From an uncultured Owenweeksia sp. (GTDB lineage Bacteria; Bacteroidota; Bacteroidia; Flavobacteriales; Schleiferiaceae): a stretch of DNA of 64,000 nt. How positions within the stretch are numbered: position 1 is the stretch's first letter; the number at the start of each line of letters is the position of its first letter. Both the position numbers and the translations under genes were made by a program. Location: positions 6,332 to 70,331 of the forward strand of contig CAKZRR010000003.1 in NCBI GenBank assembly GCA_937146805.1, given 5' to 3'. Below are positions 37,028 to 45,456 of the stretch, piece after piece. The notes below the pieces were generated by a model. The model was not told the DNA's origin and did not search any database. It was given only the letters and a program-made list of their open reading frames with translations.

Positions 37028-38041
37028 ATGTTACATTCAAAATTAATTATGGGTTTAGGCTTGGTACTGGCAAGTTATTGGGCTCCAGGTCAGGCAAAAG
37101 GCAATTACGATTTTAGAAACGCCTTAAACAACTCATATGTACAAAGCAGCCAACAACCTATTCAAATGCCCGTGGCTATCGCCATGCCTAGTTTAGGCGA
37201 TCTCACCTTTTCAATTAAAGGCTTGTATAACGCTTCCGCAGATTCGTACTTAGCGATATTTACTTCCACGCAAGTGGGAAAAACCCAAAAAGAAACCAAC
37301 CGATTATTGCAAAACAAAATAGACTCTATTAGAATAAAAATGATGCAAAAAGGCCACGATGCCGAGTTGTTTGTAGATATGATTTCGTTTATACCCATGT
37401 ATGAGGTAAGCCCCGAGAAGAAGTTGTTTTCTAAGAAAACGTACAATGAAATTCCTGTGGGTTTTGAGCTTAAAAAAAATCTACACTTTAAGTATTCCGA
37501 CCCCAGAGAGCTGGAAGCATTGGTAACCCTTTGTGCCGAACAAGAAATTTACGACCTAGTACGCGTTGATTATTTTATTGATGATATAGAAGCCGTAAAA
37601 GCCGAAATGATTGCAAAGGCACAATCGCACATTAACCGAAAAATAAGCCGATACGGTAAACTAACCAACGAAACCTACACCGATAAAAACAGAATAATGA
37701 CCGAGGGTTTTGCCATACATTACCCCATTGAGCAATACCAAAGCTACCAAGCATACTGCACCAATGCTTTAACCTACAAACACGAAATCAACTCAACGGC
37801 TACCAAAATAACCTCTCAATTTTACATGCCCAAACTCAATAAAAACTATGATTTTGTGGTAAACGCCAGTATGCTAGAACCCGTAGTACAAGTGGAATAC
37901 GAAATAAAAATGCGACTCACTCAAAAACCCAAAGCACCAACCAAACCTGCCCCTAAGCCCAAAGAAATAATTAAAAAAGAAGTGGTGAAAGAGATTTTCT
38001 TGATTACACCCGATGCCCAAGTAAAGGAAATAAAACTGTAA
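37028..38041 (+). CDS. SIMPL (DUF541) domain protein
   Basis: Signal peptide; LYN..ADSYLAIF...Q, GFELKKNLHFKY, EIYDLVRVDYF, AEMIAKA pattern of Bacteroidota SIMPL proteins. Confidence 0.72.
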   Translation: MLHSKLIMGLGLVLASYWAPGQAKGNYDFRNALNNSYVQSSQQPIQMPVAIAMPSLGDLTFSIKGLYNASADSYLAIFTSTQVGKTQKETNRLLQNKIDSIRIKMMQKGHDAELFVDMISFIPMYEVSPEKKLFSKKTYNEIPVGFELKKNLHFKYSDPRELEALVTLCAEQEIYDLVRVDYFIDDIEAVKAEMIAKAQSHINRKISRYGKLTNETYTDKNRIMTEGFAIHYPIEQYQSYQAYCTNALTYKHEINSTATKITSQFYMPKLNKNYDFVVNASMLEPVVQVEYEIKMRLTQKPKAPTKPAPKPKEIIKKEVVKEIFLITPDAQVKEIKL

Positions 38042-38052
38042 TTGGGTAAAGG

Positions 38053-38083
38053 AAAGCCGTGGAGAAATTCACGGCTTTTTTTT
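38053..38083 (+). terminator. Rho-independent terminator between convergent genes
   Basis: AAAGCCGTG-gagaaatt-CACGGCTTT followed by a T-run. Confidence 0.85.
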
Positions 38084-38126
38084 ATAAACGAGCCTCTTGG
38101 TTTATCCTTTTTCAATCGCTGTTTAG

Positions 38127-38804
38127 CTAATTTAATGGATTAACTATTATCTCCTTAAAGCTTGGCAACTTAAATTGGGCATCATCCACTTTTTCTGACT
38201 TATAGTCAATTGCAACTTGAGTTGTTTTAGACATAAAACCACTTTGCTCAATTTTAAGAGGTAAACATTTTATCGCTTCCAATATTTGAGTCCAGTGGCC
38301 GTAAATATGTCCTTGATAAAACTCTGGATTCATTTTTAAGTAATCGCTGTTATACCAAAGCGTTACCTTCCCCATCTTAGATTTCACAACAATGCTTTTA
38401 CATGGAATACCTAAAATAGTATCCTTTTCTTCTGATGTAAGAATTTCCACAAAAGAATCTAAGTATTTCTGACTATCCACGGTAATCGCGGTATCTGAAT
38501 TTTTATGCCAAGAATAAAGCAAACTGTCCTTTGGATTAAACACTTGATAACCCGCCTCGTTTTTTGATTGAATTTCAGACATATAGTTGCTTTCCTTGTA
38601 GTAATACTTTTGAATAACACCTCCATTCCCTCCTAACCTTTCCTCAAGGATTTGCTGCCAAACGCTATCGGCCAACATCTCTGGATTAGGATTCTGAGCT
38701 GTCATTCGATAGGTTATTGAGCCCTCAAAATCTTGACAAATAGCTGTGAAACTGCACAAAACAAGTCCTAATATAACCAACTGCCTTCCTTTAATTTTTT
38801 TCAT
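38127..38804 (-). CDS. Secreted hypothetical protein (DUF4412/GLPGLI-like)
   Basis: Signal peptide; FEGSITY, DTILGIPCK...TLWY, PLKIE, F.LP tail. Confidence 0.65.
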   Translation of the reverse strand: MKKIKGRQLVILGLVLCSFTAICQDFEGSITYRMTAQNPNPEMLADSVWQQILEERLGGNGGVIQKYYYKESNYMSEIQSKNEAGYQVFNPKDSLLYSWHKNSDTAITVDSQKYLDSFVEILTSEEKDTILGIPCKSIVVKSKMGKVTLWYNSDYLKMNPEFYQGHIYGHWTQILEAIKCLPLKIEQSGFMSKTTQVAIDYKSEKVDDAQFKLPSFKEIIVNPLN

Positions 38805-38833
38805 CGTTTAATACTTGTACTAAAAATTATCGA

Positions 38834-40237
38834 TTAACTAAACACCTTCCCTGGGTTTAAAATTCCTTTAGGGTCAAACACTTTCTTGATTGCTTTTTGT
38901 AAATTCACCATAGTTTCGGAAAAAACCACATCTAAATAATCTCGCTGTACGTAACCAATACCGTGCTCACCGCTAATGGTACCGCCCAGTTTTTTTACCA
39001 GCTCAAAAATTTCTCGTATTCCCAAAGGCAATTCCTCTTTCCATTGGGTTTCGCTTAAATTGCCCTTGATAATGTTTACGTGCAAATTACCATCTCCGGC
39101 ATGACCGTAACACACCGATTTAAACCCATACTTTGCCCCTATTTGTTTTACCCCTTTTAGCAATACCGCCAATTCGGCCCGAGGCACCACGGTATCTTCT
39201 TCTTTGTACACCGAATTGGCTTTAACAGCCTCCCCTACTCTTCTACGTAATTTCCAAAGCGCGTCTTTTTCACTTTGGCTTTCCGCGAAGAGCACCTCAC
39301 CAGCACCAAACTCCGTTACCACATCTGCAATTTTTTGGCAATCGTCCATTAGTACTTCCTGGTTATTTCCATCCACCTCTATTAACAAATGTGCTTGTAC
39401 TTCATCGCCAATAGGCAAGGCTACGTTGTCCACAAATTTTAAAGTCCAATCAATGGCATCACGTTCCATAAACTCCAAAGCACTAGGGGTAATACCGGCT
39501 CTAAATATGGCTGAAACAGCTTCACAAGCTTTTTGCGCATCGCCAAAAGGCACCAACATTAATAAATTGTGTTTAGGGTAAGGTATTAAGCGAACCACCG
39601 CTTTGGTAACCACCCCTAAGGTACCCTCGCTACCCACCATTAGTTGCGTAAGGTTATATCCCGTACTGTTTTTCAACACATTAGCGCCTGTCCAAATTAT
39701 TTCGCCCGTAGGCAAAACCACCTCTAAGTTTAAAACATAGGCGTTGGTTACCCCGTATTTAACGGCTCTAGGGCCTCCAGAGTTTAGGGCAAAATTACCA
39801 CCCATAAAGCAGCTTCCCCAACTGCTGGGGTCTGGTGGATAGAACAAACCCTTAGCTTTACAAGCTTCGTGAAAAACTTGATTTATCACCCCAGGTTCTA
39901 CCGTAGCCTGCAAATTGCGCTCATCTATTTCCACAATTTTATTCATCCGCTCTAGCGACATATTTACACCACCAAAAATGGGTAAAGCACCACCACTTAA
40001 GCCCGTACGCGCACCACTTGGTGTAACCGCAATCTTGTATTCATTACAGTATTTTAAAATAGATGCAACTTGCTCGGTAGTCTTTGGTTTCAAGACTAAT
40101 TCAGGTAAAAACTCTAAGTTCTCTGTTTCGTCATGCCCATACTTTTTCAAGTTATCGGAATCGGATAAACAAAAATCTTGACCCAAAAGGTTTTTAAAAT
40201 AAGATTGATGACTGGCATTTAAGGGAGTGTAACTCAT
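38834..40237 (-). CDS. FAD-linked 2-hydroxyacid oxidase/dehydrogenase (GlcD/D2HGDH family)
   Basis: GARTGLSGGA, PPDPSS, MVGSEGTLG, GHAGDGNLH, SGEHGIG, DPKGILNPGK; start set at MSYTP. Confidence 0.92.
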   Translation of the reverse strand: MSYTPLNASHQSYFKNLLGQDFCLSDSDNLKKYGHDETENLEFLPELVLKPKTTEQVASILKYCNEYKIAVTPSGARTGLSGGALPIFGGVNMSLERMNKIVEIDERNLQATVEPGVINQVFHEACKAKGLFYPPDPSSWGSCFMGGNFALNSGGPRAVKYGVTNAYVLNLEVVLPTGEIIWTGANVLKNSTGYNLTQLMVGSEGTLGVVTKAVVRLIPYPKHNLLMLVPFGDAQKACEAVSAIFRAGITPSALEFMERDAIDWTLKFVDNVALPIGDEVQAHLLIEVDGNNQEVLMDDCQKIADVVTEFGAGEVLFAESQSEKDALWKLRRRVGEAVKANSVYKEEDTVVPRAELAVLLKGVKQIGAKYGFKSVCYGHAGDGNLHVNIIKGNLSETQWKEELPLGIREIFELVKKLGGTISGEHGIGYVQRDYLDVVFSETMVNLQKAIKKVFDPKGILNPGKVFS

Positions 40238-40287
40238 ACGTGCTATAAAAATTCTATTTTCGTCCATTCGAAAAAACAATAAAACAT

Positions 40288-42468
40288 ATGACGCGTAAAA
40301 TTGCGATAGCCTTAAGCCTTGTTTGCTTGTACCAAATGGGAATGGCACAAGATAGAAAAGTTACCCTTGAAGACGTTTGGAAAAGAGGTGAATTTCGTGC
40401 CCGTAGCACAGCAGGCCTAAACTCTATGAATGATGGCGAGCATTATTCTGCTTTAAACCGATCGGGTGGCGAAGTAGCCATTGAAAAATACAGCTACCAA
40501 AGTGGCCAAAAAGTAAGCACTATACTTACCAGTGCAGAGATTAAAGAGAAAACGGGTAAAACGCTAAACTTTAGCAGCTACGAATTTAATCCTACCGAAA
40601 CCAAGGTATTACTGGCCACTCAAGAAGAGTCTATTTACCGCCACAGCAGCAAAGCACGCTATTATGTGTACGACATAAACTCTGGAAAGCTGGACTCATT
40701 GGCTACTGAAGGGAAGCAGCAGTTGGCTACCTTTTCACCTACCCAAAATAAGGTAGCCTTTGTTAAGGATAACCGTATGCATATTCAAGATTTTGACAGC
40801 AAAAACCGTGATCTTTTGAGCTTTGGTCAAGGAGCCGATGACTCCTACATTGCAGGTGCTGTGGATTGGGTGTATGAAGAAGAGTTTAGCTTTCATAAAG
40901 GTTTTGATTGGTCACCCGATGGGATGTTTATTGCCTACTACCAAACAGATGAACGCGAAGTGCCTTTGTTTTCGATGGATCTTTTTGGCAAGGGTTTATA
41001 CCCTAGCGAGTATGAGTTTAAATACCCAAAAGCAGGTGAAGCTAATGCTAAGGTGGGCATTCATATTTTTGATATTACTCAAAAGAAAAACAATCCTATT
41101 CAAATTGAGAGTTATGAGTACATCCCTAGAATAAAATGGACGAAAGCGAGCCATGAACTGGTGATTTTTTCGATGAACAGAACACAAAACGAACTTAACT
41201 TGTGGTCTGTAAATGCTGAAAAGAACCAAGCCAATTTATTGTACACCGAAACAGCTCCCAGCTACATAGAAATTAGTGATGATCTTCGCTTTTTACGTGA
41301 TGGTAGCTTTATTTGGACTAGTGAAACCAATGGCTTTAAACATATCTATCACATTTCTAACAAAGGAAAAGTTATAAAGCAAGTTACCAAAGGCGACTGG
41401 GACGTAACGGAGTTTTATGGAATAGATGAAACCACCGCAACATTATACTATCAATCGGCAGAAGAATCGCCTCTTGAGCGTGCTGTTTACAGCATTAACC
41501 TTAGCGGGAAAAAGAAGAAAAAGCTTAGCACGCAAAAAGGATGGAACGCAGCTGAGTTCAGCAATGGGTTTAAATTCTATATCAATACCTTTTCATCGGT
41601 GGAAACACCTACCTATGAAACGCTACATCGCAACAGCGGAGAGGAAATTAGAGTAACCAATGCCAACCAAAAGGTAGTAGAAAAGCTTAAAACCTTTGAT
41701 TTTAATCCTAAAGAATTTTTCAGTTTTAAAACGGAAGAAGGTGTAGAATTAAACGGCTGGATGATTAAGCCAACTGATTTTGATGAGAGCAAACAATACC
41801 CCGTACTTATGTTTGTTTACGGAGGACCAGGGTCGCAAACAGTAAAAAATCAATACGATGCCTTTAACGGTTTTTACTTTCAAAGTTTGGCCAACCAAGG
41901 ATATTTAGTGGTATCGGTAGATAACCGAGGCACAGGTGCCCGAGGCCGTGATTTTAGAACTACTACCTACCAACAATTAGGAAAATACGAAGTGGAAGAT
42001 CAAATTGCCGCTGCCAAATACTTGGGCAGTCAAGATTACATTGATGCTGGCCGTATTGGCATTTGGGGTTGGAGCTATGGTGGCTACATGAGTAGCTTGT
42101 GCCTAACCAAAGGAGCAGAAGTTTTTACCATGGCTATTGCGGTGGCTCCGGTTACTAACTGGCGCTTTTACGATAGCATTTACACCGAACGCTACATGCG
42201 CACGCCACAGGAAAACCCTGAAGGCTATGATGACAACTCACCCATAAATCATGTGGCCAAAATGGAAGGCGCCTACCTTTTAGTACACGGAAGCGCAGAT
42301 GACAACGTACATTTACAAAACACCACTCGTATGACGGAGGCTTTGGTACAAGCCAACAAGCAATTTGATTTGTTTATTTATCCCGATAAAAATCATGGTA
42401 TTTACGGAGGCAATACCCGCTACCATTTATATAATATGATGACCAATTTCATCAAAGAGAATCTTTAA
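40288..42468 (+). CDS. Dipeptidyl peptidase IV (S9B)
   Basis: DWVYEEE, GWSYGG nucleophile, YDSIYTERYM, HGSADDNVH, KNHGI; signal peptide. Confidence 0.95.
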   Translation: MTRKIAIALSLVCLYQMGMAQDRKVTLEDVWKRGEFRARSTAGLNSMNDGEHYSALNRSGGEVAIEKYSYQSGQKVSTILTSAEIKEKTGKTLNFSSYEFNPTETKVLLATQEESIYRHSSKARYYVYDINSGKLDSLATEGKQQLATFSPTQNKVAFVKDNRMHIQDFDSKNRDLLSFGQGADDSYIAGAVDWVYEEEFSFHKGFDWSPDGMFIAYYQTDEREVPLFSMDLFGKGLYPSEYEFKYPKAGEANAKVGIHIFDITQKKNNPIQIESYEYIPRIKWTKASHELVIFSMNRTQNELNLWSVNAEKNQANLLYTETAPSYIEISDDLRFLRDGSFIWTSETNGFKHIYHISNKGKVIKQVTKGDWDVTEFYGIDETTATLYYQSAEESPLERAVYSINLSGKKKKKLSTQKGWNAAEFSNGFKFYINTFSSVETPTYETLHRNSGEEIRVTNANQKVVEKLKTFDFNPKEFFSFKTEEGVELNGWMIKPTDFDESKQYPVLMFVYGGPGSQTVKNQYDAFNGFYFQSLANQGYLVVSVDNRGTGARGRDFRTTTYQQLGKYEVEDQIAAAKYLGSQDYIDAGRIGIWGWSYGGYMSSLCLTKGAEVFTMAIAVAPVTNWRFYDSIYTERYMRTPQENPEGYDDNSPINHVAKMEGAYLLVHGSADDNVHLQNTTRMTEALVQANKQFDLFIYPDKNHGIYGGNTRYHLYNMMTNFIKENL

Positions 42469-42530
42469 TGCCAATTTTTTGATATTTTGGCACATCTTAA
42501 AAAATACAGAACAATAACCACTAAGAAACT

Positions 42531-44312
42531 ATGGCAAACGCGACAACGGAATCAATAAAAAGAAAAGAAATACTGGGTCACCCGGTAGGCCTATTTATAC
42601 TTTTCTTTACTGAAATGTGGGAGCGCTTCTCCTATTATGGAATGCGCGGAATTTTAACGTTGTATGTGGCTACCTCAGCTACTGCCATTGACCCAGGTTT
42701 GGGATGGAGCAACAAAGATGCTCTTTGGTTATATGGTTGGTACACCATGCTAGTGTATGTTATGTCTATTCCAGGTGGTTACATAGCAGATAAATTTCTA
42801 GGACAAAAAAAAACCGTGCTCCTCGGGGGTATTTTGTTATGCCTTGGTCACGGTATTTTAGCTATTCCGCAAGACTGGGCCTTTTTCACTGGCTTACTTT
42901 TAATTATTTTAGGTGTAGGCGGATTGAAACCGAACATTTCAACTATGGTTGGTGGACTATATCAACCTGGTGATATTAGAAGAGATAGTGGATTTACTAT
43001 TTTCTACATAGGTATAAATATAGGTGCCTTTTTATCAAGTATTACTGTTGGATTGGTGGCCTACCACTATGGCTGGCACTACGGGTTTGGCCTTGCAGGT
43101 ATTGGTATGATTTTAGGCCAAATAGTTTACATGGCGGGTCAAAAACACTTGGTAGGTGTTGGAGAGTTTATTGGAGGCGAGAGTTCAACTGTTGACCCAG
43201 AGATTGCAAAAAAACCTCTTAGTAAAATCGAAAAAGACAGAGTTGTTGTCTTATTAATTTCATTCTTAATTGTTGTCGTATTCTGGGGAGCATTTGAGCA
43301 AGCTGGCGGCCTGATGAATCTTTATACAGATGCAAAAGTTGATCGTACCACAAGTTTAAGCTGGTTAATGGAAATTCCTGCAGCTGTTTTTCAATCGCTT
43401 AACGCGGGATATATTATTCTATTTGGAACCGTGATAGCAGCATTTTGGGCAATCCGAAAGCGCAAAGGAAAAGAGTCTTCATCGTTATTTAAAATGGCTA
43501 TTGGTACCATTATTATGGGATTAGGTTATGTGTTTATGATGTTTGCCTCTAAAGAAGCCTCTGCTGAAGTTTTTGGAAAAGCAGCCATGTCATGGATTTT
43601 CCTTGCTTATCTTTTCCATACTATTGGCGAACTTTGTACCTCTCCGGTATCGCTATCATTTATTACCAAACTGGCACCCGTGAAATACGCTTCCATCATG
43701 ATGGGGGTTTACTTTGCTGCAACTGGATTTGGAAACAAACTAGCAGGCTCAATTGGTGAAGCATCTCAATTAGAGTCTTATGCTGGTGAAGTAATTGCGT
43801 CTAAAGAGGATGTTTTTAGATACACATCGCAAGACACCATTGAGGTGAAAACTCAGGAAGGAATAGAAAAGATTTATGATTACCCTATTAATCTTGATAA
43901 AAACTTTGGCCTAAAAACCAGAGTATTCCCTTCGGGTGGAAATATCATTTTTGAAGACATTGAAACTGGCGATAATGTTTCCGGTTTGTTTTCAATGAAC
44001 GATGAAGGTAAAACTAAGCTTATGGCTTACCTAAACGAAAATAGTTCTTCAAGAGAAAAACCGTATCACGCAAAATTGTCGATGGAAAAAGACAAGGATG
44101 CTGCCCAAATTACAGAGAACATTGGTGATGGAAAAGACTATGGCGTTTCATTTGTAATTGAGGAAGAGCAAAACGAACAGGAGTATATGACCTTTATGTG
44201 GCTCGTAATATTTACCGTAGCTTTTGGTCTACTACTACTAGTTTTCCTTAAAAAGTTGAAGAAACTCACACATGGAGCTGAAGAGCTTGAACTCGAGATG
44301 AGTCAAGATTAA
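42531..44312 (+). CDS. POT/PTR proton-coupled oligopeptide transporter with an inserted soluble domain
   Basis: EMWERFSYYGMR (ExxERFxYY), KPNISTMVG, FYIGINIGA, FQSLN, GELCTSP; ~135-aa hydrophilic insert before the last TM. Confidence 0.92.
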   Translation: MANATTESIKRKEILGHPVGLFILFFTEMWERFSYYGMRGILTLYVATSATAIDPGLGWSNKDALWLYGWYTMLVYVMSIPGGYIADKFLGQKKTVLLGGILLCLGHGILAIPQDWAFFTGLLLIILGVGGLKPNISTMVGGLYQPGDIRRDSGFTIFYIGINIGAFLSSITVGLVAYHYGWHYGFGLAGIGMILGQIVYMAGQKHLVGVGEFIGGESSTVDPEIAKKPLSKIEKDRVVVLLISFLIVVVFWGAFEQAGGLMNLYTDAKVDRTTSLSWLMEIPAAVFQSLNAGYIILFGTVIAAFWAIRKRKGKESSSLFKMAIGTIIMGLGYVFMMFASKEASAEVFGKAAMSWIFLAYLFHTIGELCTSPVSLSFITKLAPVKYASIMMGVYFAATGFGNKLAGSIGEASQLESYAGEVIASKEDVFRYTSQDTIEVKTQEGIEKIYDYPINLDKNFGLKTRVFPSGGNIIFEDIETGDNVSGLFSMNDEGKTKLMAYLNENSSSREKPYHAKLSMEKDKDAAQITENIGDGKDYGVSFVIEEEQNEQEYMTFMWLVIFTVAFGLLLLVFLKKLKKLTHGAEELELEMSQD

Positions 44313-44330
44313 CAAATTGACCACTTCTAC

Positions 44331-44366
44331 AAAAAGCTCCTGAATACTTTTTTCAGGAGCTTTTTT
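44331..44366 (+). terminator. Rho-independent terminator
   Basis: AAAAAGCTCCTGAA-tactttt-TTCAGGAGCTTTTT. Confidence 0.88.
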
Positions 44367-44418
44367 ATTTTAAGCCAATTGGTCAAACAACAGACCTTAC
44401 AAAATTGGTATGAGTCAC

Positions 44419-44426
44419 TATATTTG
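44419..44426 (+). promoter_or_regulatory. -7 promoter box
   Basis: TATATTTG 5 nt before ATG 44432. Confidence 0.6.
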
Positions 44427-44431
44427 AAAAC

Positions 44432-44800
44432 ATGAATACACCTGCTATTTCAAGGTTAGAAGCACTTAGCTACTCCAAAAAGATTATTACTCGTGGAGAC
44501 GGCTACTTTGCCGTAAACAGATACTTAGAAAGGCAACATATAAGCGCAGAAGATACTGCCTATATATTAGAGCAATTGCATACCCTTGAAAAAAACGGAC
44601 AACTTAGTCCGCAAGAAAGTAGTTTAAAAGAACCTTTTGATGCCAATAAAATTTTAGGCCTTATTTTTGTCTTTGGTGGTATCGCGCTAAGTATTTTACT
44701 TTGGAATCGAGGACTGGTTGGCACCCTTCCCTTTGCGCTAATTGCCATAGGCATATACGCCCTGTTCACAAAAAAACAAACTCTCATAAATCGAAAATAA
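44432..44800 (+). CDS. Hypothetical membrane protein (soluble N-terminal part + 2 C-terminal TMs)
   Basis: Own -7 box, ATG, two hydrophobic segments at the C-terminus. Confidence 0.7.
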   Translation: MNTPAISRLEALSYSKKIITRGDGYFAVNRYLERQHISAEDTAYILEQLHTLEKNGQLSPQESSLKEPFDANKILGLIFVFGGIALSILLWNRGLVGTLPFALIAIGIYALFTKKQTLINRK

Positions 44801-44805
44801 CAAAC

Positions 44806-45321
44806 ATGAAAAAATTACTCTTAGCATTATTTATTTGCGCTTCCGTTGGCGTTTCGGCTCAAACCACTATTAATTGGATGAGTTTTGAAGAAGTTGAAAA
44901 AGCCTCAAAAGAGGATCCCCGCCCTGTGTTTATTGATGTGTATACTAACTGGTGCGGTTGGTGTAAAAAAATGGACAAGGACACTTTTCAGAATGAAAAA
45001 ATTGCGGCCTTTGTAAATAAACATTACTATGCCATAAAGTTTAATGCTGAACAAAAGGACAGTATCCAATTTCAAGGAAACACCTTTAAGTTTGTAGCTC
45101 AAGGCAAACGTGGCTACCACGAGTTAGCTGCTGCCCTACTCAACGGAAAAATGTCCTACCCCAACATTGTATATCTAGATAAGGACTTAAAAATGATTCA
45201 GCCCATGCCAGGCTACCAAGCGGCTCCTGCTTTTGAAAAAATCATCAACTACATTGCAGGTGAACATTATAAAACGCAGCCTTTCGAAGAATTTCAAACC
45301 AGCTTTAAATCACAACTTTAA
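44806..45321 (+). CDS. Thioredoxin-like protein (DUF255 family)
   Basis: Signal peptide MKKLLLALF, DVYTNWCGWCKKMD, SYP cis-Pro loop. Confidence 0.88.
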   Translation: MKKLLLALFICASVGVSAQTTINWMSFEEVEKASKEDPRPVFIDVYTNWCGWCKKMDKDTFQNEKIAAFVNKHYYAIKFNAEQKDSIQFQGNTFKFVAQGKRGYHELAAALLNGKMSYPNIVYLDKDLKMIQPMPGYQAAPAFEKIINYIAGEHYKTQPFEEFQTSFKSQL

Positions 45322-45426
45322 GAAGAGGGACTGCTATATAGGTAGCTCTTCTCGAGGGCTATTAACATGGCATTTACACACTCTTTTTAACCACTTTAAA
45401 GCCCCTATTTTTACCGCGCAAAACAA

Positions 45427-45434
45427 TACCTTTG
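45427..45434 (+). promoter_or_regulatory. -7 promoter box for pheT
   Basis: TACCTTTG 22 nt before the pheT ATG. Confidence 0.55.
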
Positions 45435-45456
45435 CGCACTTAAAAATTTTGGCTCC

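Noticed and set aside
39204-40348. Antisense ORFs in the FAD oxidase and its long 5' extension to 40348
   Set aside because: The extension overlaps the DPP-IV start on the other strand and has no family similarity; the antisense ORFs are codon-bias shadows
45322-45352. AGAAGAG...CTCTTCT hairpin before pheT as a possible attenuator or T-box
   Set aside because: Short stem, no T-run, no T-box motif, and a separate -7 box lies downstream
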